From: Cycas panzhihuaensis
Taxonomy: Eukaryota > Plantae > Cycadophyta
Assembly: GCA_023213395.1 (NCBI GenBank)
Contig: CM041465.1
Coordinates: 123,697,741 to 123,761,740, forward strand
Direction: 5' to 3'
Length of the DNA: 64,000 nt
The notes under the pieces were generated by a model. The model ran no database searches. It was not told the DNA's origin and saw only the letters and a program-made list of their open reading frames with translations. Within the stretch, counting starts at the first letter, position 1. Each line of letters opens with the position of its first letter. Below are positions 28,330 through 39,970 of the stretch, piece after piece. The translations under genes were made by a program, and so were the position numbers.

Positions 28330-30670
28330 ATAAATTTCACTAAATATATTATACATCTTTAATTTTTTATCGGTTATGCACCTTAAACAATCATTAATGA
28401 ACCTTAAATACCTTCATTTTAAATTAAACTTCTTTTATTTATTATCTATAATCAATAACATTATCATGATCTTTGGAACCTTTTAAAACATTGAAAAATA
28501 TCAAAAGTAGATCTGAAAGAGGTCATAAAAAGCATCTTTTATGAAGTCAAAAGCATGTTAAAATTTACTTATTAAAATCTCTATTATCTAGTCTCTAAAA
28601 CATGCTTTACAACCGCTTGTTTTGACTGTCCCAAAATATCTTTCTAATGCAACTAACAATACATGAATTTGACATTCTAATAAAAATTTACATTCAAAAG
28701 ACTATCAATGTGTTATTAAAAATTAAATGTTCATAACAAATTACATTTAGCCCCTTCCGTTAGGTTGTTGGTTACTCAAATTTTTTTATATGACCATCTG
28801 CTTAGGCTAAGGGTCCTAACATGGATTCTAGATTTTATACAATCAAGTTAAATCCACTTTTACATATGCAAAAAATTTTAAGTACACCTTGCAAAATTTC
28901 ATGTCTACAGAATCTAAAATATTATTAAAAATAATTTAATTAAACACACACTTTGTAATTTTTTTTATTTTGATGAAAAATCTTTGTAAAACCTTTCTAT
29001 ATGGCAATATATTCTTTTAGGCATATATGTCGATTTCTTCATGGTGAACTCCTTTCTCAAAAGGGCAATGTGATTTCCTCTTCCAAAATTAAATTCCATG
29101 GGTAATTACAGTTGTGCCATTCATGAGTGATTACATCGATGGCATTCTTTATAGAGATCTTAAATAAATGGCAACTATGATAGAGTTCTTCAAATATGAT
29201 TTCTTCATGGCTTATGTCTTCAACACATCGAGCCACACTTCGTTTATGATTTTGGGCTCATTGATGTAGGGATTCTCCAAGTTCTATTACTTGAACACTT
29301 TCGTTTCGACAAAAATCTTCATAAAAAAGCTAGATAGTAAGCAAGGTCAACGTTCATTGTAGAAAAGGGCGATTCTCCAAAACCTCACACACAAACAACC
29401 AAGCTCCACAACTTCACGCATGTATTTTCCTTGTGGATATGACTATAGGCATGTGCTTTATAGTGAGTACGTTCCACAGGTGGTGTCATCAATCATCAAA
29501 TAGGTATCAATCATCAAATATCATGTGGTGTCATCAATCATCAAATAGGTATCAATAAACTATATGATTATTAATATTTGATAAGCAAAACTCTTCATTA
29601 GAACATATCTATTAATTTCAAATGGAGATTTTAATATGTCCAGTATATATAATATATCCACGTCAATTTTATATCAATATATCCCACAACTTCAATTTTC
29701 ATTAATTTTAAACATTTAAATATCATAAATGGGCCTTTAAATATTTATTTTTAAACAAAATTTCCTTTTTCATTCACCATCTATCATCAATAACATCATT
29801 ATGATCTTTTGAGCCTTTAAAAACATTAGAATATGCTAAAACAAATATAAAAAATGTCAAAAAATATAACTTTTATTAAATCAAAACCATTTTGTTGAAC
29901 TTTACCCATTAAAGTCTCTCTCATTTTATCTTTGAAATATGCCTTTTAATTATTTACTTTAATTATCTTAAAATCCTTTTTCTAATACAACTAATAGCAC
30001 CTAAATTTGATATTCCAATGAAAGATTATGATCAAAACAATGTCAGTGTGTCCTACAAAATAATGTGATCCTTAAAAAATTAGTTAAGCCCCTTTTTGTT
30101 AGGTCGTTGGTCACTTGACTTTCTCCATGTTACTGCCCGCCTAGGCTAAAGGGGCTAATGCAAATTCCAAATTTTATCCAATATAGTTAATTCAATTTTT
30201 TCACTTATAAACAAAACAATAAATCTGATTTATAAAATTTTGAGATCTATATTCATATTGGATTTAAAATCTGATTAAAATCTAATTAAAACAATGACAA
30301 ACTTTGTAATTTTTTTATTTTGATAAAAATTCTCTAGAAAAAAACTCATGCGCCTGCACCTCAAATTTTTCATCAAAAGCCTCTATATGAATTTCATCTA
30401 TAGACTCGTATAAATTTGCATTTTCGTTCTATGCTTTCCTATATTTAAATAATCTATGTAACATAAACAAAAAATTATTCATAGCATGAGCAATAGTGAA
30501 TTTGAGTTTATCTATAGGATGATCTCTCCTCCAATGGTACAAATCACTGTAGAAATCCACAACTTCACACAAGAATTTTCATGGGCAAGCAAACAATAGA
30601 GAGCACTTATGTAATGCTTCAATTGCACGTAGGGTTGATACAAAAAGCGTAGGTCGAGATCATCAATGGA
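28330..30670. repeat. Old ~1.2-1.35-kb internal tandem duplication in the non-autonomous element
   Basis: ~28440-28990 resembles ~29780-30340 (ATGATCTTT...TTAGGCTAA...CTTTGTAATTTTTTTATTTTGAT). ~29405-29500 resembles ~30557-30670. Confidence 0.7.
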
Positions 30671-32764
30671 CTACAGTTATACTACAGTTAGAATGGCTTC
30701 ATGCATAGATGCACAAACAAGATTATCACTTCACCACTGCATCGAATGGTGAGAGGACTTCAACAATGGAGGCAAAGTCGTATTTTGAATCCTTCTTAAA
30801 TGATGGTGTTTTGCATTCTTTAAAATAGGAATCAACACTTCGCCTTCTTATCAACCTTGTTTCTAGTCTTTCCAAGCTCTTTATTTCTTCAAAGGCAGAT
30901 CTACAAATGTATATGACGATAACATGCAATCCTTATATAGAGCAAACAAAGAATAAGAATGACTCAAAGACACCATACATCTCACACTCACACAGTGATC
31001 ACGATTGTGATTGAGCCTAACATGTAGTATAGCTACAAATCTTCACACATTGCAAACCTTAAATTTTATGCCTTTATTCATCTACCAAACCCTACATTTA
31101 AATACATTTCTTATTTCTAGTCACTTCATACCACATATTACATTGTACAAGTCTACTACCTATTTGGCATATTGATGGGATTATTGGATTGCATGGTTTA
31201 TATCCTACATCTTCTTTATTCAATCTTATCACTTTCAATTTCATAACTTCATGCACATCTCTCAATAGCAAAATATTACAAAAATACTTTTGACTGGGAG
31301 AAAATCCACAAGTTAAAGTGGACAAAAAAATTCCTTAAATAAAAATTAGATAAGAGAGATGCCATCAACAACACTTATCAATTTGTTTTTGCTAATTGTG
31401 AAGTTTAGTGAAATTACCAATCTTACAAAACTTCAGTCACGTCTACAATGGGTTAATTTGTATAGACGAACTCAATTGACAACAATACTTTCTCATCAAA
31501 TCTGGTGGATTTATTTAACACTAGCATGCCTATAAAATATGGATCCATATGTTTAAAATATATGTCCATAATAAATTCAATATCAATATACCATTAGTAA
31601 TATTGTTTTCAACATATTACTCTCATAATTTGTATGTGGTTTTATCTCATGTGTGTTGCTTTAATTTTCTCTATGCAAATCTCTTCATTATATGTGGCTC
31701 TCATCATCTTTTATATTACCTCAGATTTTTTATGACTTATCAAAATACACCTTAAATTAGCTCTGTATTGACTCAATTAGTTTAACAACTAGCTCATATA
31801 GATTTACAACCTGGTTCTACAAGATCTTTCACAACATGGCTCTTATATATTATGGGAGAAATTAAAATTTAACTATAATACCATATTAGAATGTTGTTAC
31901 TATGTGCAGTAAAAATATATCAAATATGTATAATCAATTAATCATATCATGTGAAATATACATAATTATGTATGTAACATCAACATATCAAACAATAATA
32001 CGAATCATAAAATATACACATATCAAACATGCACCATAAGATAGACAATATATTTATCCGTAAAAATTCTAGTGTGAAAAAAATCACAGAAGAAGACTAG
32101 AATTAAAAACTTCTCTTTAAATATTAAATAATACCTCCAATTAAATCCTTCCTCTCTCAATTATTTCTCAAGTTTTCAAATGGTATATATACATATTTAT
32201 ATAAATAATCTCCTCATAAATAACCTAAAATATCTGTTGAACATTTTCATCATCCAACACAATATTACATGAATAATCGTGCATATCACGTCTCTCAATA
32301 TTGTTTATGAGAATAGGCATATGCATAACATCATAGGATCAAATTAATCATAAAACCACATGAAAACAAATGATATTACACATGTACACAAGTTGATAGG
32401 TGGCAAACCCCTTCTGAGGAAGAAAAATCACCTCTTAAAGTTCTATTTTTATTAAGAATAACTGTAAACAGAAAACCAAACAGGTAAATCACCTAACATC
32501 TAAACCAGCTTTTGAAAAGGTATACAGACAGTCCTCCTAGATTCATGAAACCATTTCCTTGAATCTAGGAGATGAATTTATATAAAAAAATATTTATTGA
32601 AATGCAGTTTCACATTTCAACCACCTTTCACATAAGATAAATTAATAAATATTAAAGTTTAAATATTATGATAACTTAAATATACATTTAGACATGTGAC
32701 TTAAATATGAACTTTAAAAAAGAATATAAAGATTACATTAACATTCTAACATCCCCCTTTAATG

Positions 32765-35700
32765 TAAACTTTTGTGCTATAGAAAAAGAAGGTCTTCATC
32801 ATGGTGATCCCCCTTTGATGGAGACTTCTTTTATCTGCAACAGATCTCTGAGATTTAGAAACTTTACTTCAGTTAAAGACTTCATAAGAATATCAACAAT
32901 CTATAAATCTGTTGGACAATAAGACAAAGAAACAAGATTATCAGTAACTAAATTATCAATAAAATGCTAATATAATTCAATATGCTTAGTCCTAGAATAT
33001 GAAACTGGATTTGTAGCTATAGCAATTGCACATTGATTATCAACTTTAAGTTCAATAGAAGAGTTTAGAGACTGACCAATTTCATTTAGTAAAGATTTGA
33101 GCCAAAGTACTTATTTACCAGCTTCAACAAGTGCACGATATTTCGCTTTAGTTGTGGATAAAGTAAGTACCTACATTTTCTAACTAGACCAAGTAATAGA
33201 TGATGAATCTATAAAAAATACATAACCTGAAGTAGATTTGTGATCAGTTATATCACCTTCCCAATCAGAATCAGTATCTCCAGTTAAAGTTAGAGGTTTA
33301 TTACAAAAATTATAAGTTAAACCATAAAACAAAGTATGCTTTAGATATTGTAAAATATGTTTGGTTGCTTTCCAATGAGATTCATGTGGTTGTTGTATAT
33401 AACGGGAACATAAAGTGATAACATAGGAAATGTCAGGGCGGGTGTGAGTTAGATAGATAAGACTACCAATTAGTTGTCTATATAGTGTAGGATCACATAA
33501 AGGTGATGAACAATCAGTAGATAGCTTAACTCCTGATTGTAACAGATTAGATACGGGTTTAGTATTTTCCATGTTAAACTAATGAATTAAGTTTATAATA
33601 TACTTAGGTTGAGATATAGTTATATTTGAATAATTTTGATAAACTTGTAAACTAAGAAAGTAATGTAGTAGACCTAAATCAGTCATTTCAAATTTGTTTA
33701 ATAAAGTAGATTTTAGATGATGAATATTATTAGTTGATGATCCAGTAATTATAATGTCATTAACATAGAGGATTAGAATAGTAAGATTTTCATTTTCATG
33801 TTTAAAATAGAGATTTGGATCACTAATACATCTAGTGTATCCAATGTGAATCAAATAGTCATCTACTTTAGTATACCAAGCTCGAGGAGCTTGTTTTAAA
33901 CTATAAATAGATTTTTTAAGTTTGCAAACTAAATTAAGATTTTCAATAAATCCAGGTGGCTGAAACATATAGATCTATTCTTTAAAATCACCATTCAAGA
34001 AAGCACTCTTAACATCTATTTGGTGGATTTTCCAACCAAACTTGGCTACAAGAGCAATAATTATTTTGATTGTATTCATCTTTACAATAGGGACAAAATT
34101 TTCATTATAATTGATGCCATCTATTTGCGAAAATCCTTTGCAACAAGGTAAGCTTTATATTTTTCAATTGTACCTGTTGAGTTATATTTTATCCTATAGA
34201 CCCATTTACAGTCAACTACATTTTTACCAGGTGGGAGAAGAACAAGATCCCAAATGGAATTTTTAATTAAAGTATTAAATTCAGTCTGCATAGTGTCTTG
34301 CCATACATGATTGTTGATAGCTTGTTTAAATATTTTGGGATCATTATTGTCCATTATTTTTGCCATTAAGGTAAAATTAGTATATAGTTTTTGAGCACTT
34401 GTGCGTCTGGTATCGGTATGATTACCTACATCAGATCTAGCATCAGCAAGTATTTTTGTTGCCCAAACAGGTTGCTTATGAGTAATTGTTTCTGAAGATA
34501 CAGGTTGATTTGATGAACTAGCCTAAAGAGAAGGATCTATTTTAGTGGGTTTGGATATAGTCCAATTTTGGACTTGAGTTAATAAGGATTCCATAACCTC
34601 TACATCAGCTTGTTTATCAGAGGGATCAATCAAACAAGTGTTGGTTAACAAACTTTCAACAGGAAGTTCTACATAAGTAGATATTGAAGAATATCCTTCT
34701 TTATCAAATATTACGTTAGTAAAATAGAAATTTCATGTGTGACTGGATCCAAGAGTCTATAAGCTTTATTCTTTTCGTTGTATCAAACGAAGATATATTT
34801 TTGACTTTTTTTGTCTAATTTTTTGCGTTTTTCATGAGGGATGTGTCCCCATGCAATACTGCCAAAGATTCATAAATGATTGACATATGGTTTTCTTCCA
34901 TACTATTTTTATTCTAGAGTAACGTTCTGTGGACATTTACTAGGTAAATGATTTAATAAATAGTTAGAGCAATTAATTACTTCCGCCCATAATTTTAGAT
35001 CTAGATTCTTTGCATGTAACATATAACGAGTCATCTTAACCAGAGTACGATTTTTACGTTCAGCAACACCGTTTTGTTGAGGTGTGTATGCAATGAAATG
35101 TTGGAACCAAATTCCATATGATTTGCAGAAAGAAGTAAATTTTCCACTTAAATATTCCTTAGCATTATCAGATCGAAATATTTTAATTTTTGAATTTAAT
35201 TGATTTTCAACTAACGTTTTATATTCAACGAAAATGTCAAACACTTGACTACGTGTTTTGAGCATGTAAACCCAATATTTTCTTAAATAATCATCTATAA
35301 ATGTAACAAAATAATGAGAACCTAAGTATGATGTTACATGAAAGGGTCCACATATGTCAGAGTGGACAAGTTCAAGTGGAGCAATTGCTCTGAATTGAGT
35401 TTTATATGGAAATGGATCTATGTGTTGTTTACCTGTCATACAGGCTTTACAAACACCATAAACAGTGTTTAAGGGTAGTAGACCATGAACCATTTCATGC
35501 TTCTTTAAATATTACAGTTTGCCATAGCTTGTATGGCCAAATCGTACATGCCAAAGTTTGTTGACTGAGTCAGATTTGGCAATAAAGACACTAAAAGATT
35601 TTGTTTTGTTATTTTGAAGACTTGTTAGACTATAGAGACCTGTGTTATGATCAACAGGTCCTGAGGCAATACGTCTGAATTTGTTTAATGGTTCTTTAAT

Positions 35701-37035
35701 GATAAATTTATTTTTTTAGAATTCGACGACAAGGTCTTTCTGGGAGATTTGATAGACAGAGAGTAGGTTTAGTAACAAACCAGGTACGTAAAAGACGTCT
35801 TTGATTGAACCATCTTTTAAGATAACATCACCTGATCCTTTGACTTTAAGTTGATTACCACTTCCAAAAAAAATCTCTTCTTTAGAGTTCGTTTCGGATT
35901 GATAAGTGGTTAAATTTTTTTAGTATCTAGTCATGTGATGGGATGCACCAAAGTCAATGATCCACTGCGGTGGTTGATTTGAAGGGGCAACAAATGCAGA
36001 AGTTGTTACTACTAAAGAACAATTATGATTTTGACGATTTTGAGGTTATGCATGAGAATGGGATTGAGGATGAGATTGTGGTCAATTTTGCAATCCCTTG
36101 GAAGCTTTCCATGCTTTCGAAGCTATTCTACTTCTATAGATATCAATAGTGTGACATTTTTTATGACAATAAGCACAACTAGTGTTCTGAGAATGAGTTA
36201 CGTTATTCCTATGAAAAAACTGATTAGAAGTATTCTGATGTTTAGTAGGTCTAAAATACTTAACATTATTTTGTGAAATGGTTGGTGAATCTCTATGAGG
36301 TTTCTGAATTTTTAGATTATTATAAAAATTATTCTGTTATTTATTTTTAAATTATAGCTTAGTTTTAGAAAATAAAGCCTGTGAAGGATCTTTTAAGACA
36401 CATGTTTGGATTAACATTATCTGATGTTCAATCAGTTAGTTTGTTAACTGATTGAATGTTATAGGAGAGTCACCAGCTTGTTGTCTGGCAGTTTTATAGA
36501 GATTAAAATGTTTTGGTAGTTTATTAACTATAAGACGTACGAGTGTATCATCGTCTTTAACATGCATAGTTATTTTTTCAACATCACCTACTTTAGTTTT
36601 AGATTTGATGCAGTTATCTAGATCTTTATTAATTAATTAAATTTTACTTAAAAAGTCCTCAACGTTAGAAATATCATCAAAAGTAAGGTCATATAATTGT
36701 TGTTCTAAGATAGCCACTTAATGTGTATCAACCTTGTCATATTTTTCTTGCAAGATTTTTTAGATAGTGGCTAAGTCATCTGTTTCAGAAAATTATCGAC
36801 TGATTTCTGGTGAGAGTGAGTTTAATATAGTGCCTAAGGCTATATCTGAGTTTATCAGATATACCATATAACTCTCTGTAGCATCTTCTTTTAATTTTTA
36901 AAATTCACATGTCACATATCACAATAACTTTTGTTGTTTGAGCTGATGGGATATGCGATTCCTCCAGTCAGCATAGTTTAAGCCGGCTAATACTAGAATT
37001 GGAACGTAGGTGATTGTCCCTGGTATTAATACCAT
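32765..37035 (-). pseudogene. Copia-4 gag-pol pseudogene
   Basis: Minus-strand ORFs 34909-35493 (VHSDICGP, QQNGVAERKNRTL), 34121-34366, 33579-33968 (LKQAPRAW), 33180-33572 (RPDISY, DSDW). Gag start MVLIPGT...NYADWRNR at 37035. Confidence 0.9.
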
Positions 37036-38422
37036 ATTAAGAGTTATGAGGTTTAATTGAAGATGAAAAATATAAAGGTGATTGAAAAAATAATTACTTA
37101 CTAAAAATACTAACTATTAGATTAATTTAATAGGCATAATTGTAATATACTTGCTTTTAAACAAATAATAACATGTTCTTAAACAAATATCCTCCTTAAG
37201 AAATAATCCCTTTTGATAAACAATCCTCTTTGATAAATAGTCTCCCTTTGACAAACAAATTAGTTCTCCTTACTCTCAGAAAATGAACAAATCCTTAAAG
37301 AAATAAAAAGTCCCCCTTGATTAAAACAGTCTTAATAAAAAAATTTCCCTTAAAAAATAAATATTTATTAAAAAAAAATTATTGATTATCAAGCAAATTA
37401 AATTAAAAAAAAATTTAATGATTAGAACATAACTCTAATATTGAAAGAGATTAAATATCCAAATATTTAATGGGGATTATACTAAGATTTTATTGATTAA
37501 AAATAAAAATTTAATTGAAAAAGATATTAATATATTAAAGAGATATTTTGTAATGGAAAGATACGCTTTTTTTTTTTTTTTTTTAATGTTGAAATAGAGG
37601 GAGATTAATATAGGGAGGAGATTAAAGGAAGGTTTATATCATAATTAAATGAAGTTATAAAGGGGACTAATTTAGCATTAAAAAAATATAGTTAGGGAGG
37701 GTGATTATAATAAATATAATAAAAAAAGGATTTGATATAATAATCAATATAAAAAAATAAAATAAGTGTATTGTTTTATAATAAGAGAGGGAAATATATA
37801 ACGAGTGTTGATTTTGCCTAAGTTGATTAGGCTGTAAAAAGTATGTATATAAAAATATATAATATTGAGAGGGGGTTAGACTTAACAATAGAGAATATAG
37901 TGAATTGATTTAAGTTTAAAATGTAATAAAATTTTGATTATTAAAAAGTATTAAGAGTAGAGGATTCGTATTATTTTGTAAATCAAATATTATGGGAATG
38001 AATTAATAAAGTATAGGGGGGGGGGGGGGGGGGTAATTTAAATTTAGCCTAAAGTTCAATTAAAAGAGATTTTAAATAACTTATTAATGTGATTAAGGGG
38101 AGTGTAAACTCAATCTAATAAGGGGTATTAAAATTAAATCGAAATGTAATAAGGGATGGGGGGTATAGTTTTATTTAAAAGAAAATAAAAAATGAGCGGA
38201 CGGACCCGACAGACAATTTCGTTTTAATAAATAAAATTAAAATTAAATCAAAATAGAAATCAGGGAGGAGGGGGGGGGGGTTAGGGTAGAAACCCTACCT
38301 ACCTGGTTCATTGCAATCGTGGTAGCGGCGCTTTCTTTTTTTTTTAGGTTGTAGTTGCAGGATGATGGAGGCAAAGACAGATCGACTTGTTTGATGTTGG
38401 ACGGCTCTCGCTCCTCTGTACA

Positions 38423-39439
38423 AGTTTGGACATTGGCAGACAGGAAGTATTAGCTGTAGGGCACTTCCTTAAGGTAATCTCTATTCTGATGGTGGTTCTA
38501 CAGTCTGGCAAAGAATCAGAACTAGTGAATTCCAACAGTGGTGCTTGCCCTTTGAGCCTTGCAATCTTTCATGCTGCTGCAGAGCTTTTTGAAGTTATGG
38601 TGACTGATTCAACTGCCTCCACTCTGGTTGCTTGGATTCCACATGCAGTGGAACTTCATAAGGCCTTGCATTCTTCTTCTCCAGGATCTAATAAGAAGGA
38701 TGCACCCACTAGGCTATTGGAATGGGCGGATGCTGTTGTAGTGTATCACAAAAAAGGAGCTATTGGACTTCTCAGATATGCAGCTGTACTAGCCTCTGGT
38801 GGAGATGCCCAAATAACTTCAACAAGTCTCCTGGTATCCGATCCAATGGATGTTGATAATATTATGGCTGATGCAACTGGAGGTCCAGAACTTTAAGTTT
38901 TGGAGACCTTACTTGGAAAGCTTGTATCTGATAAATTTTTTAATGATATTATTTTACGGGACTCTTCCATACCACAATTGATGACAGCTATGTATATTTT
39001 GGCATTTGCTACAGATCATCCGGGAGTTGCTACTGGTCTTGTTGATGAAGGGGCTGAGTGCAATTCTATGGTAGATTTGTTGTTAGAGCGTAGTCAAGAG
39101 CAATATCTTGTTGAAATGTTGTTGCCATCTCTTGTCCTTCTGATTACTTTACTTCGAAAGCTGCAGGAAGTTGCATCGTAATACAAAATTATTAAATGCA
39201 TTGTTGTGTTTACGTTGGGAAATCAGCCCAAAAGTTAGCTGCTCGTACAGCAGTTCTAGCATTTTCTTATCCTTACTCAACACTTGCATTGGGAGCTGTT
39301 TGACATCTTCTTAGTTTTGCTCTATCTTGTTGGTCTGTTTTTGGGTGGACACCTGGCTTGTTTCAATGCCTTCTAGAGAATGTTCCAGCAGAATGGTATA
39401 TGGCTATGGAAAAATGGTACTTCTTCGCTTAATGCTCTG
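38423..39439 (+). pseudogene. VIR: Captured, intron-free fragment of plant VIRILIZER (VIR/EMB2016, m6A methyltransferase complex subunit)
   Basis: Recognised from memory of the plant VIR protein: ELHKALHSSSPGSNKKDAPTRLLEW...GLLRYAAVLASGGDAQ, LRDSSIPQL, LLPSLVLLITLL, HRNTKLLNALL...EISPK, GWTPGLFQCLL, GIWLWKNG. One stop at 38894-38896, frameshifts near 39170-39240 and internal deletions. Confidence 0.9.
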
Positions 39440-39970
39440 ATACCATGTGAGAATAGGCATATGCATAACATCATAGGATCAAATTAATCATAAAACCACA
39501 GGAAAACAAATGATATTACACATGTACATAGGTTGACAGGTGGAAAACCCCTTCTGGGGAAGAAAAACCACCTCTTAAAGTTTTATTTTTATTAAGAATA
39601 GCTGTAAATAGAAAACCAAACAGGTAAACCACCTAACACCTAAACCAACCTTTGAAAAGGCATACAGACAGCCCTCCTATATTCATGGAACCATCTCCTT
39701 GAATCTAGGAGATGAATTTATACAAAGAAAGGTTCATTGAAATGCAGTTCCGCATTTCAACCACCTTTCACATAAGATAAATTAATAAACATTAAAGTTT
39801 AAACATTATGATAACTTAAATACACATTTAGACATGTGACTTAAATATGAACTTTAAAAAAAGAACATAAAGATTACATTAACATTCTAACACTGTTGAT
39901 AAGTAAAATTTTGTAAATCCCCCATATCACATTAAACACTAGATATGTAAAACTATCATATATTCCAATA

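Larger units (their letters stand above)
32306..39892 (-). mobile_element. Copia-4: full-length degenerate Ty1/Copia carrying a captured host-gene fragment
   Basis: LTRs 32306-32751 and 39446-39892 (31 substitutions plus 1 indel, counted by hand). PBS complement GCTCTGATACCA at 39434-39445. PPT complement TCCCCCTTT at 32752. TSD TTGTT/CTGTT. Confidence 0.95.
1534..39970 (-). mobile_element. Multi-LTR array of a non-autonomous, non-coding LTR family (TRIM/LARD-like), host to later insertions
   Basis: Homologous ~530-bp LTRs at 1534-2066, 17102-23203 (split), ~23430-23807 (partial), 26145-26675 (+ strand), ~26671-27178 and ~31853-39970 (split). PPT complements CTCCCCCTT/CTCCTCTT at 2067, 23204 and 27179. 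PBS complements at 17090 and ~31839. TTATA flanks both ends (1529-1533, 39971-39975). No gag/pol motifs in the internal segments. Confidence 0.8.

Noticed and set aside
30726-30929. Coding remnant inside the non-autonomous element
   Set aside because: Short ORF with no gag/pol or other motif I recognise. A TBLASTN or HMM search would be needed.
38387-39181. ORFs 38387-38896 and 38900-39181 as a functional VIR gene or real exons
   Set aside because: They sit inside a TSD-bounded retrotransposon, cover only a middle part of the protein, and have a stop, frameshifts and internal deletions.
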